From assembly GCA_902628925.1 (NCBI GenBank), contig CACOPA010000003.1:98485-162484 (forward strand): a stretch of 64,000 bases of DNA, given 5' to 3'. The position numbers and the translations under genes are program-made. The stretch comes from an uncultured SAR86 cluster bacterium (GTDB lineage: Bacteria > Pseudomonadota > Gammaproteobacteria > Magnimaribacterales > D2472). Shown in pieces: positions 25,254 through 34,562 of the stretch (its first letter is position 1; every line of letters starts with the position of its first letter). A model generated the notes under the pieces. It was not told the DNA's origin. It did no database searches and saw nothing but the letters and a program-made list of their open reading frames with translations.

Positions 25254-25631
25254 ATGGAGAGAATTTTAAGAGTAATAGCAGGATTTTTTGGAGCCTTCTT
25301 TTTGCTAATGGGTTTGCGATGGATCATTGATCCATCTTCAGCAGCCGCATCTCTGAGCATGCCTCTGTTAGACGGGGCTGGATTAAGTACCCAAATTGGC
25401 GATGTGGGAAGTTTCTTTATCACAATCGGCGTGATGACTCTAATCGGCGTAATTAAAAAGCAACGCCATTGGCTTTACGCACCTTCAATGCTCTTGCTTA
25501 CGGCTGCTTTATATAGAGTCCTTTCAACAGTTCTGCATGGAGCTGCATTTGCACTCCCATCAATTGCTATTGAGATAATTGTAGGTTTATTTTTAATCTT
25601 TGCTGGATCAAAAATTTCAAAGGAGTCTTAA
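25254..25631 (+). CDS. Small integral membrane protein (DUF4345-like?)
   Basis: 125 aa with 4 hydrophobic segments. AAGGAG RBS. The family guess is weak. Confidence 0.6.
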   Translation: MERILRVIAGFFGAFFLLMGLRWIIDPSSAAASLSMPLLDGAGLSTQIGDVGSFFITIGVMTLIGVIKKQRHWLYAPSMLLLTAALYRVLSTVLHGAAFALPSIAIEIIVGLFLIFAGSKISKES

Positions 25632-25634
25632 ATA

Positions 25635-26696
25635 ATGAAACTTTTAAAATATTTGGCTGCCATTCTCTTTATTCTTTTTATCTTGGTCAATGTCTTGACA
25701 CGACTACCTATAGTCCAAGATAGAATCATGATGACTGCATTAAATAATGCAGTAAATGCCACAGCAGAGCTTCCTGATAACGCATTATCTGCACTAGTCT
25801 GTGGTTCAGGACCTCCGTTGGCTTCACCAGGAGCTGCACAATCATGCATTTTGATTAAGGCTGGTGATGAGTACTTTATCGTTGATATAGGAGATGGCGC
25901 CTCTGCCAATTTAATGAATTGGGGCATTGACGTACAAAAAGTCAAAGCTGTTTTCTTAACCCATCTGCATTCTGATCACATTGCTGATTTAGCTGAATTG
26001 CATCTCATGAACTGGGTAACCGCTTCAAGACAAAGCAAATTAAAAGTTTATGGTCCTGAGGGTGTTTCAAATGTTACTGAGGGATTCGAAGCTACTTATG
26101 CATTGGATTATAAATTTAGAAACGAGCATCATGGTAATGAGATTGCCCCCATCGAAGTAGCTGGATTTGATCCTTATACAATCAACCTTGATGAACCTGT
26201 TATTTATAATAAAAACGATTTAAAGGTGACTGCCTTTGAGGTTGAACATGACCCAGTACCAGCAGTTGGTTTCAAGTTTGATTACAAGGGCCGTTCTATT
26301 GTAATCAGTGGGGATACCAAGTATTCCCAAAAGGTTATTGATGGGGCTAAAAATGCCGATGTGCTTTTTCATGAAAATCAAGCAAACCATATTTTAGAAA
26401 TGATGAATAAGCCCTTAATGAATGCTGGTCGACCTCAAGCAGCTACTGTCATGAAAGATATAGTGACTTATCATACTACACCAACAGAGGCTGCAGATAT
26501 TGCAAACAAAGCTAATGTTGATCACTTAGTCTTCTATCATCATGTGCCTTATCCTAGAATATCAATTATGGAAAGAGTGCATTTGAGAGGTGTCAATGAG
26601 GTTAGATCAAAAGATAAATGGACTTTCTCTAAGGATGGAACATTGATTGTTTTGCCTTTAAATTCAGATGAAATAAAAATTACTTCAATAAATTAG
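25635..26696 (+). CDS. MBL-fold metallo-hydrolase (RNase Z/AtsA-like), exported or anchored
   Basis: HxHxDH motif in FLTHLHSDHIADL, with later His/Asp ligands. N-terminal hydrophobic helix. Confidence 0.85.
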   Translation: MKLLKYLAAILFILFILVNVLTRLPIVQDRIMMTALNNAVNATAELPDNALSALVCGSGPPLASPGAAQSCILIKAGDEYFIVDIGDGASANLMNWGIDVQKVKAVFLTHLHSDHIADLAELHLMNWVTASRQSKLKVYGPEGVSNVTEGFEATYALDYKFRNEHHGNEIAPIEVAGFDPYTINLDEPVIYNKNDLKVTAFEVEHDPVPAVGFKFDYKGRSIVISGDTKYSQKVIDGAKNADVLFHENQANHILEMMNKPLMNAGRPQAATVMKDIVTYHTTPTEAADIANKANVDHLVFYHHVPYPRISIMERVHLRGVNEVRSKDKWTFSKDGTLIVLPLNSDEIKITSIN

Positions 26697-26704
26697 GAAA
26701 AATT

Positions 26705-27673
26705 ATGAAAACTAAAATTACAGAAATGTTTGGAATCAAGCATCCAATTATTCAAGGTGGCATGCATCATGTTGGGTTTGCTGAGCTAGCTGCTGCAGTA
26801 TCAAATGCTGGAGGGCTTGGAACGATAACAGGCTTAACTCAAGGAACGCCTGAAAAACTTGCTAATGAAATTGCACGTTGTAAAGAAATGACCGATAAAC
26901 CTTTCGCAGTGAATCTAACATTTCTTCCTTCATTGACCCCTCCTGATTATCCTGGTCTAGTTGATGTAATCATTGAGGGAGGCGTGCCAATTGTCGAAAC
27001 CGCAGGACGAAATCCTGCTGAGTATTTACCTGCACTTAAAGATGCAGGAATTAAAATTATTCATAAGTGCACTTCTGTAAGACATTCACTAAAAGCCCAA
27101 TCTATTGGTTGTGATGCTGTCTCTGTGGATGGCTTTGAATGCGGCGGTCATCCTGGCGAAGATGATATTCCTAACTTCATTCTCTTGCCAAGAGCGGCAG
27201 ATGAACTTGAGATACCTTTTGTGGCATCAGGTGGCATGGCAGACGCTAGAAGTTTAGTGGCGGCAATGGCACTTGGAGCCGAAGGCATGAATATGGGCAC
27301 AAGATTTATAGCTACACAAGATGCTCCTGTTCATCAGAATGTAAAAGAAGCCATAGTTGGAGCATCAGAGCTTGATACCCGTTTAATTATGAGATCTCTA
27401 ACAAATACCGAAAGAGTTATGAACAATGATGCTGTTGAGCGCTTAATGGAAAAAGAAAAAGCTCTTGGAGATCAGTTAACATTTGCTGATATTGTTGATG
27501 AAGTTGCTGGTGTTTATCCAAAGATTATGCATGAAGGAACCATGGATGCAGGCGCATGGTCTTGCGGTATGGTTGCTGGATTGGTAAATGATATTCCTAC
27601 TGTCAAAGAATTAATCGACACAATTATGGATGAAGCCGATGCAATAATTTCAAAGCGACTAAGTAATTTCTAA
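26705..27673 (+). CDS. Nitronate monooxygenase / FabK-like FMN oxidoreductase
   Basis: HPIIQGGMHHVGFAELAAAVSNAGGLG and GGMADARSLVAAMALGAEGMNMGTRF are typical of the NMO (2-nitropropane dioxygenase) family. Confidence 0.85.
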   Translation: MKTKITEMFGIKHPIIQGGMHHVGFAELAAAVSNAGGLGTITGLTQGTPEKLANEIARCKEMTDKPFAVNLTFLPSLTPPDYPGLVDVIIEGGVPIVETAGRNPAEYLPALKDAGIKIIHKCTSVRHSLKAQSIGCDAVSVDGFECGGHPGEDDIPNFILLPRAADELEIPFVASGGMADARSLVAAMALGAEGMNMGTRFIATQDAPVHQNVKEAIVGASELDTRLIMRSLTNTERVMNNDAVERLMEKEKALGDQLTFADIVDEVAGVYPKIMHEGTMDAGAWSCGMVAGLVNDIPTVKELIDTIMDEADAIISKRLSNF

Positions 27674-27688
27674 ATAAAAACTAAATAG

Positions 27689-29032
27689 ATGCTCAAGTGG
27701 TTCAGAAACTTCATGAACAGGCGCACGGCTAGCGCAAAGGTTCGCAATGCAGTCATGAATCACTTTGCAAGTTATGAAGTCTTTAAAGAAAATCGAAAAA
27801 AGAGCGAGGAAGCACGAAGCTCAGAAAATCGGCCTCATGAGATCTTATATTTTCATAAAGTTGACGATCCTTACTCACATTTAACCATTCAATTTATTGA
27901 TCGCTTTCGATCTTCATATAACATTCAATTTAAACCTATCTTAGTTGGAGAAGAAAATCCTGAAACTGTTCACGAACCTTCTCTTTACAACATTTATTGT
28001 CTTGAGGATGTTAGAAGAATAGCACCTTATTATGATGTAAGTTTTTCAGTTCACTCTTACCCCTCAAAAGATCTTGTAAGTAAAGCCAATAGAATTTTGT
28101 CTGCTGTGGAAGATGTTAATTTTGGTGAGGTTGGTAAAAAAGTGAGTGCTGCATTGTGGTCTGCAGATGAAGCTTGCCTTGACGCATTATCAAAGGAATA
28201 CAGCATCAGCGAAAACGATGCTCAACAGAAAATTAGGGATGGGAACTCAATTAGGGATGAAAAAGACTATTACTTTGGATCAGCTTTCTATTATGAAAAT
28301 GAACTTTACTGGGGAGTTGATCGATTACATTATTTGGAAAGAAGACTTTCAGAATTAAAGCTGGGAACAGCTCACGAATATACTCCTACCTGCAAACCTA
28401 GATTAGTTGCTCCGTTAACACTTTCCTCCACAAAAAAGTTTAATCTTACTTATTACCCTTCATTGAATAGCCCGTATACTTTTGTAAGCACAAAAAGGGT
28501 CAGACAACTTCAAGAAAATTACCCTATTAATCTTATAACTAAACCTGTACTACCAATGCTAATGCGAATGATGACCATTCCAACCTTCAAGGCAAAGTAC
28601 ATTATTTCAGATGCTGCTCGAGAAGGTAGAACACACCAGCATGAGATAAAAAGGATTTATTCACCTATTGGAAAGCCAGCACGCAAAGCTTACTCATTGT
28701 TTCCAATTATCGATGAAATGGGTAAAGGCTTTGAATATATTGAAGCACTGTTAATTGCCTCTTTTCAGGATGAAATCAATATTGGTGATGATACTTATTT
28801 AGAAGACTTAGTTTCTTCATTGAAATTGGATTGGAGTGAAGTAAAAAAGCATCTCAACAGCAAGCAATGGAGAGAAGATTTAAATCATAACCTTCAAGAA
28901 ATGTATGAAGGGAACTGTTGGGGCGTACCTAGTTTCAAATTAACCGATGATGATGGCGGAAATCCTTTTTATGTTTGGGGTCAAGATCGAATGTGGTTAA
29001 TTCAAGAAGAGATCGCAAAACGTAGTAGTTGA
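27689..29032 (+). CDS. Tandem 2-hydroxychromene-2-carboxylate isomerase / DsbA-like (kappa-GST-like) protein
   Basis: Two copies of the family's N-terminal pattern (ILYFHKVDDPYSHL and FNLTYYPSLNSPYTFV) and a C-terminal CWGVPSFKL. No CxxC motif. The start is uncertain because no RBS is visible. Confidence 0.55.
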   Translation: MLKWFRNFMNRRTASAKVRNAVMNHFASYEVFKENRKKSEEARSSENRPHEILYFHKVDDPYSHLTIQFIDRFRSSYNIQFKPILVGEENPETVHEPSLYNIYCLEDVRRIAPYYDVSFSVHSYPSKDLVSKANRILSAVEDVNFGEVGKKVSAALWSADEACLDALSKEYSISENDAQQKIRDGNSIRDEKDYYFGSAFYYENELYWGVDRLHYLERRLSELKLGTAHEYTPTCKPRLVAPLTLSSTKKFNLTYYPSLNSPYTFVSTKRVRQLQENYPINLITKPVLPMLMRMMTIPTFKAKYIISDAAREGRTHQHEIKRIYSPIGKPARKAYSLFPIIDEMGKGFEYIEALLIASFQDEINIGDDTYLEDLVSSLKLDWSEVKKHLNSKQWREDLNHNLQEMYEGNCWGVPSFKLTDDDGGNPFYVWGQDRMWLIQEEIAKRSS

Positions 29033-29080
29033 TATTCATTTCAAATCATTTAAATTAAGTCCTATCTATAGGGGAACTTC

Positions 29081-29905
29081 ATGAACACATTTGAAAATAA
29101 AGTAGCATTGGTTACCGGTGCGTCTTATGGAATTGGTTTTGCGATTGCAAAAAATTTAGCAAGCAGGGGAGCTCATCTAATTCTTACTGCGAGATCAGTT
29201 GAAAAATTAGAAGCTTTAGCAAGCTCAATAAGATCTGAGGGTGGCAAGGCTAATGTTTTTGAGGCTGACCTTAGTGTTTCTGGTTCTGCGAATGAGCTTT
29301 TTGAAAAAATCTCCAGTGAAGGCATTAAGATCGATTTACTAGTAAACAATGCCGGTTATGGAAGATGGGGTGAGTTCACTGAATTTGAAAGATCTGATTA
29401 CTCAAAAATGATTCATTTAAACATTAATTCTCTGATAGAACTAACCCATATGTTTATTCCTCAGATGATTCAAAAGGGTGGTGGCGGAGTAATTAATGTG
29501 GGTTCAACTGCCTCTTTTCTGCCAGTTCCGTTTGCGAGCGTTTATTCGGCTTCAAAAGCATTTGTTTTGATGTTTTCAGACGCTATTCGTTATGAGTATC
29601 AAGATAAGAATATTCAAGTCATGACTTTATGTCCCGGAGGTACTGCATCTAAATTTAGTGAGGTTGCTAGTGAAAAATCATCTGATGCTTTGAAGGCATT
29701 AAATCAAGTGCTGAAAGAGAAAGGTCAGCTTGGGGACAGTTGTGAACTTGTAGCAAAAGAGGGACTTGATGCTTTCCTAAAAAACAAATCATCATTCATT
29801 ACTGGTAAAGGAAACAAAAAATTTGCTTTCTTACCTCGAATTCTCTCAAGAGATAGAATCATTAAGCTGACTGGAGATATTTTTAGAAAAAGAGTAGCTA
29901 AATAA
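29081..29905 (+). CDS. SDR family oxidoreductase
   Basis: ALVTGASYGIGFAIA (TGxxxGxG), NNAG, and YSASKAF (YxxxK). Confidence 0.9.
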   Translation: MNTFENKVALVTGASYGIGFAIAKNLASRGAHLILTARSVEKLEALASSIRSEGGKANVFEADLSVSGSANELFEKISSEGIKIDLLVNNAGYGRWGEFTEFERSDYSKMIHLNINSLIELTHMFIPQMIQKGGGGVINVGSTASFLPVPFASVYSASKAFVLMFSDAIRYEYQDKNIQVMTLCPGGTASKFSEVASEKSSDALKALNQVLKEKGQLGDSCELVAKEGLDAFLKNKSSFITGKGNKKFAFLPRILSRDRIIKLTGDIFRKRVAK

Positions 29906-29908
29906 TTA

Positions 29909-30847
29909 ATGAAATTATCTATTCGTATCGCAGTCATTATTGCCATCTTGCTATGGATACCTTTTTATTTAAATACATATTATCTAAAAAATATTTCAAT
30001 TGAAGACATTCCTTTAACTGGTGAATGGGCTCAACTTGAGGATGGGAATATCTTTTTTACATGGCATTATCCCGAAGAGCCCTCAAAAGATAATATTGTG
30101 GTTCTTGTGCATGGATTCTCAAGTCCACAATTTGTTTGGGATGGTATTGCTGAATTGCTTGTCGATGCAGGATATAGCGTTCTAGCTTATGATCATTTTG
30201 GTAGAGGTTATTCAGAAAGACCAAGAATCAAATATGATCATAACCTTTACATTAGAGCTCTAAATGGTCTTCTAGAATCTCAGTCCATTGATACCCCGGT
30301 TCATCTTATAGGCTACTCCATGGGAGGGGCGGTAATTGCCCATTTTGCTGATATACATAGCGAAAAAGTTAAAAGTGTTTCCCTGATTGCTCCAGCTGGA
30401 ACAATGATTGAGGAACCTGAAATAAACTTCTGGGCAGTTCAACCTTTAATAGGAGAATGGTTCTGGCATGTGTTGGGTAGCTTTTATGTAGAAGAACAAG
30501 TTTATGAAGTAAATGATCCACGAGGATTATTGCCACTGGAGTATATGGAGCTATTATCTGAGCAAGGTAAATACAAAGGTTTCATTGAATCATTGCTTTC
30601 GACCGTAAGGCATTTTGATATGTTTAATACAGAAGATGAATACAGGTCTATTAATTCATTAAATATCCCAGTTTTAGCAGTGTGGGGCACCAATGATCAA
30701 GTAACACCCTTTTCTGGTAGCAATAGATTATTGGAAGTAATGCCCTCAACAGAGTTAAAAGTTATTGAGGGAGGTACTCATAATATTACCTTTGTCCAAC
30801 CAACTAAAATTGGTAAGATGATAGTATCTTTCTTGGAGGGGAAATAA
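29909..30847 (+). CDS. Alpha/beta hydrolase, N-terminally anchored
   Basis: HGFSSP oxyanion region, nucleophile elbow GYSMGG, and a C-terminal GGTHN. TM helix at the N-terminus. Confidence 0.85.
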   Translation: MKLSIRIAVIIAILLWIPFYLNTYYLKNISIEDIPLTGEWAQLEDGNIFFTWHYPEEPSKDNIVVLVHGFSSPQFVWDGIAELLVDAGYSVLAYDHFGRGYSERPRIKYDHNLYIRALNGLLESQSIDTPVHLIGYSMGGAVIAHFADIHSEKVKSVSLIAPAGTMIEEPEINFWAVQPLIGEWFWHVLGSFYVEEQVYEVNDPRGLLPLEYMELLSEQGKYKGFIESLLSTVRHFDMFNTEDEYRSINSLNIPVLAVWGTNDQVTPFSGSNRLLEVMPSTELKVIEGGTHNITFVQPTKIGKMIVSFLEGK

Positions 30848-30849
30848 GA

Positions 30850-31335
30850 ATGTTGCCACCAATAACTTTTCTTGGATGGATACATACAGGGTGCGGAATT
30901 GCTGCTATTTTGATAGGTGCTTACGCATTAAAGAAATACAAAATTATTTCCTTTTCTGAGCGCGCAGCAAAAATATACTTACTTCTCACATTAATTACTG
31001 CTTCAACGGCATTAGCTATTTACAATCAGGGTGGCTTCAGTATCGCGCACTTTCTTGCCATCCTAACTTTGCTTGCTTTGATAGCTGGCACCATAGTCGA
31101 AAAAACTTACATGCTGGGCTCACTTTCAAAATATTTTTTTACGTTTTGTTATACATCAACTCTCTTATTTCACATGATTCCTGCTATCACAGATACGCTT
31201 AGAAGACTTCCCGTTGGTGATCCCTTTGCAACCAGTTTTGATGATCCACTGGTGGTTAGCTCTCATATCTTATTTTTTGTAATTTTTATTTTTTCATATG
31301 TATGGCAAGTTCAATGGTTGAAAAGAGAAACTTAG
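30850..31335 (+). CDS. Hypothetical integral membrane protein
   Basis: 161 aa with 4-5 hydrophobic helices. GGAGGGG RBS. Confidence 0.65.
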   Translation: MLPPITFLGWIHTGCGIAAILIGAYALKKYKIISFSERAAKIYLLLTLITASTALAIYNQGGFSIAHFLAILTLLALIAGTIVEKTYMLGSLSKYFFTFCYTSTLLFHMIPAITDTLRRLPVGDPFATSFDDPLVVSSHILFFVIFIFSYVWQVQWLKRET

Positions 31336-31348
31336 GATATTAATTAAA

Positions 31349-31618
31349 ATGAAATTATTTATGATCCATGTTGGATTTTATGATCCAGCATTAGGCGAGG
31401 GTATATATGAATTCCATACCAATTATTTTGTGGTTGCTTCTGATCCAAAGTCTGCAAAAAAAGAACTCATGTCCAGAGATGAATTTAAATCAAAGAAGAT
31501 GCACATCGACGGAATTAAAGAAATTAATCAGGTTGATGGATACGATATATCTCTCAATAAAAGCAATCAGTCAAATAACAATCAAACTTTTGACTATGAC
31601 AAATCTAAAACATTATGA
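31349..31618 (+). CDS. Small hypothetical protein (DUF1543-like?)
   Basis: 89 aa. MKLFMIHVGFYDP...EFHTNYFVVASD...HIDG resembles the DUF1543 pattern from memory. Not verified. Confidence 0.5.
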   Translation: MKLFMIHVGFYDPALGEGIYEFHTNYFVVASDPKSAKKELMSRDEFKSKKMHIDGIKEINQVDGYDISLNKSNQSNNNQTFDYDKSKTL

Positions 31619-32403
31619 AGATCCAAGGTAAAAGAGTAGTGGTTACAGGCGCTGCAAGTGGCATAGGTAGAGCATTAGCTCATGCTTTTAATCATAAAGG
31701 CGCCAGTCATGTAGTTTGCGCGGATTTAAATTTCGAAGAAGCACAAAATACTGCAGATTCAATAAAAGGCCTCGCAATTAAATGTAATGTTGGTGATGAA
31801 CATGAAATTCATAGTTTGGTTAAAGAAAGCACAGATTGGATGGAAGGAATAGATATTTTTTGCTCCAATGCAGGCATTATGGGGGAGATAGGCTTGTTGG
31901 AAACATCTTCAGAAAAGTGGCAATCAATTTGGGAAATAAATGTCATGGCGCATGTTTATGCAGCTAAAGCAGTGCTGCCTCAGATGCTGGAAAGAGGAGA
32001 GGGTTATCTTATGAACACTGCCTCAGCAGCTGGCCTACTAACTACACTTGGAGCCGCTCCTTATACTGTTACAAAATCAGCAGCTGTAAGTTTTGCTGAA
32101 TGGGTAAAAATTACTTACGGAGAAAAAGGTATCGGTGTTTCCTGTCTTTGCCCTCAGGCAGTGAGAACTGCCATGACTGCAGGTGGAGCAGGAGTTGCCG
32201 GTGTAGATGGTATGTTGGAGCCTGAGAAAGTAGCTGCGGATGTTTTGCAAGCCATTGAAGACGAAGTTTTCTTAGTAACTCCTCATGAAGAGGTATTAGA
32301 GTATGTCAAACGTAAAGGAAATGATCGAGATCGTTGGATTGAAGGTATGCAAAGGCTGCAGAAGCAATTCGAAGAATTTCTAACACCACCCAAAGGAAAT
32401 TAA
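31615..32403 (+). CDS. SDR family oxidoreductase
   Basis: VVVTGAASGIGRALA, SNAG, and YTVTKSA (YxxxK). Confidence 0.9.
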   Translation: MKIQGKRVVVTGAASGIGRALAHAFNHKGASHVVCADLNFEEAQNTADSIKGLAIKCNVGDEHEIHSLVKESTDWMEGIDIFCSNAGIMGEIGLLETSSEKWQSIWEINVMAHVYAAKAVLPQMLERGEGYLMNTASAAGLLTTLGAAPYTVTKSAAVSFAEWVKITYGEKGIGVSCLCPQAVRTAMTAGGAGVAGVDGMLEPEKVAADVLQAIEDEVFLVTPHEEVLEYVKRKGNDRDRWIEGMQRLQKQFEEFLTPPKGN

Positions 32404-32414
32404 TTAATTCATAG

Positions 32415-34163
32415 ATGCGAAAATATCTTTTTTTTTATTGCATCATTTCTATTGGTTTATTTGCTGAAATTTGCGAAGAAAACTATCCAGATAAAATTCC
32501 TTTATTTGGTGATTTGCATGTTCATACTGCACTATCATTAGACGCTGCTACCCAAGGCACAATTAATAGGCCAGATGATGCATATAGATATGGCAAAGGA
32601 GAATCAATTTCAATTCAACCTTACAAGGATGGGATTGGTCAAAGAACTTCTAAACTATCTCAGCCATTAGATTTTATGTCTGTTACAGACCATGCTGAAT
32701 TGCTAGGAGAGGTAAACATTTGTGAGAATCCAGAATTAGATGGGTATTCAAATTTAGTTTGCTTGGGTTATAGGTATTTCCCAAAACTTGCTTATTTCTA
32801 CATGAATGGAATGGCAAGTCTTGCTAAACCTATGAGCTTTTGTGGGGATGATAGAAAAAATTGCAAAGAAGCTACTAGAACTCCATGGCAAGAAATCATA
32901 AAAAGTGCTGAAAAGCATAATGCACCATGCAAGTTTACTACCTTCGTAGGTTACGAATGGACGGGAGCAAAATATTCTGGAAATAATCTCCATAGAAATA
33001 TAATTTTTGAAAACAGCTCTGTTCCTGAACTCCCAGTAAGCTTCTATGATGCAACCTCCAAAGAAGAGCTGTGGAATAAACTTGATAGTGAATGTACCAA
33101 AGATTGTGATTATGTTGTTATCCCTCACAATTCAAATTTATCTAATGGATTGATGTTTGAAGATCCTAATGCTGAAGATTATCAACGCATAGCTGATCGA
33201 GAACCATTAATAGAAATATTTCAGCATAAAGGTGCCTCTGAGTGCCTCGATGAAGATGACCCTTATTGTGATTTTGAATTACTAGAATATACAGACTTTG
33301 CTGCTAAGTTTACTGGAGGTGACAAGGAAATACCTAAAGAAAGTTTTGCAAGGTATGGCCTGAATCGAGGTCTTGAACTAAAAAATAATACTGTAAATCC
33401 TTTTAGGTTTGGATTCATTGCCAGTACTGATACTCATCTCGCTATTCCAGGTGCAACTGATGAAGTTTCGATGCCTGGACACGGTGGAGCAGGAAAATCC
33501 CTCAGCAAAAACCTACCAAAAGGGCTGCCCGATGATATCGAGTTTAATCCAGGTGGTTTAGCAGTTGTTTGGGCAACAAACAATTCTCGTAAGAGTATCT
33601 TTCACTCATTAAAGTCAAAAGAAGCTTATGCCACATCAGGTCCGAGATATATTGTTAGATTTTTTGGCGGTGAAGAAATACATGAGGATTCATGTGAGCT
33701 AGAAACTGCCATCTCATCTGCTTATCAAAATGGCGTTCCAATGGGCGGCATACTTAATAAAATTAGCTCAAAACCAAAGTTTTTAATCTCTGCAATAGCC
33801 GATCAAACTGATAGCAATCAATATATTTCTAGTATTCAAATCATCAAATCTTCTTATGGAGATCAAACTCTTAATTCTGAAGTTATTGAGGTGCTTGATC
33901 TATCTGATTCATATCAATTGGATGAAACTTCATGTATGGTCAGCGGTGTTAAGAAGAAAAATTATTGTTCGGTTTGGGAAGATAGTAATTTTGATGAGGA
34001 TGAAGATGCCTATTACTATTTAAGAGTAATATCTGCACCAACCTGTAGATGGTCGCATGAACTCTGTAATCAAAATCCTGATTTTTGTGAAGATCACAGT
34101 CAGTTTCCAAAATCCATTCAAGAAAGGGCTTGGACTTCACCAATTTGGATTGATCAAAATTAA
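32415..34163 (+). CDS. DUF3604-like protein (PHP-like metal-dependent hydrolase fold?), exported
   Basis: Signal peptide followed by GDLHVHTALSLDA, later TDHAE and VIPHNSNLSNG. This is the pattern I associate with DUF3604. Confidence 0.65.
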   Translation: MRKYLFFYCIISIGLFAEICEENYPDKIPLFGDLHVHTALSLDAATQGTINRPDDAYRYGKGESISIQPYKDGIGQRTSKLSQPLDFMSVTDHAELLGEVNICENPELDGYSNLVCLGYRYFPKLAYFYMNGMASLAKPMSFCGDDRKNCKEATRTPWQEIIKSAEKHNAPCKFTTFVGYEWTGAKYSGNNLHRNIIFENSSVPELPVSFYDATSKEELWNKLDSECTKDCDYVVIPHNSNLSNGLMFEDPNAEDYQRIADREPLIEIFQHKGASECLDEDDPYCDFELLEYTDFAAKFTGGDKEIPKESFARYGLNRGLELKNNTVNPFRFGFIASTDTHLAIPGATDEVSMPGHGGAGKSLSKNLPKGLPDDIEFNPGGLAVVWATNNSRKSIFHSLKSKEAYATSGPRYIVRFFGGEEIHEDSCELETAISSAYQNGVPMGGILNKISSKPKFLISAIADQTDSNQYISSIQIIKSSYGDQTLNSEVIEVLDLSDSYQLDETSCMVSGVKKKNYCSVWEDSNFDEDEDAYYYLRVISAPTCRWSHELCNQNPDFCEDHSQFPKSIQERAWTSPIWIDQN

Positions 34164-34182
34164 TTTCTGATAATATAAAAAT

Positions 34183-34395
34183 ATGAACAGAGTTTTATTG
34201 CAAATATTTCTATTGTTAGCAGTCATTCCAATTATGTTGGTAATTGGATGGGGTTTTCTTATTTTGGGTCCAATCATCTGTTTTGGCTTTGCAATGAATG
34301 CTTATCGATATAACAATGAAAAAGAATTATATTTTTGGCTGATCATTGGTGTAATTGCTTTCATCGTATCTTTATTTGTTTTGGGAATTTTTTAA
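34183..34395 (+). CDS. Small hypothetical membrane protein
   Basis: 70 aa with three hydrophobic stretches. No RBS is evident. Confidence 0.4.
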   Translation: MNRVLLQIFLLLAVIPIMLVIGWGFLILGPIICFGFAMNAYRYNNEKELYFWLIIGVIAFIVSLFVLGIF

Positions 34396-34457
34396 ATAAT
34401 AAGATTGAATTCTCTCTAGTACTTATTCGTTTTTATAATATAATTCTTTTCTATTTT

Positions 34458-34542
34458 GGGGATGTGGTGGAACTGGTAGACACGCTTGGCTTAGAACCAA
34501 GTGCCGAAAGGCGTGGGGGTTCGACTCCCTCCATCCCTACCA
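34458..34542 (+). tRNA. tRNA-Leu (anticodon UAG)
   Basis: Folds by hand as a cloverleaf. Acceptor GGGGATG/CATCCCT. D-arm GTG-GAACTGGTAGA-CAC. Anticodon stem CTTGG/CCAAG with loop CTTAGAA. Long variable arm. T-arm GGGGG-TTCGACT-CCCTC. ACCA end. 85 nt. Confidence 0.95.
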
Positions 34543-34562
34543 ATATCCTATAATTTGCATAT

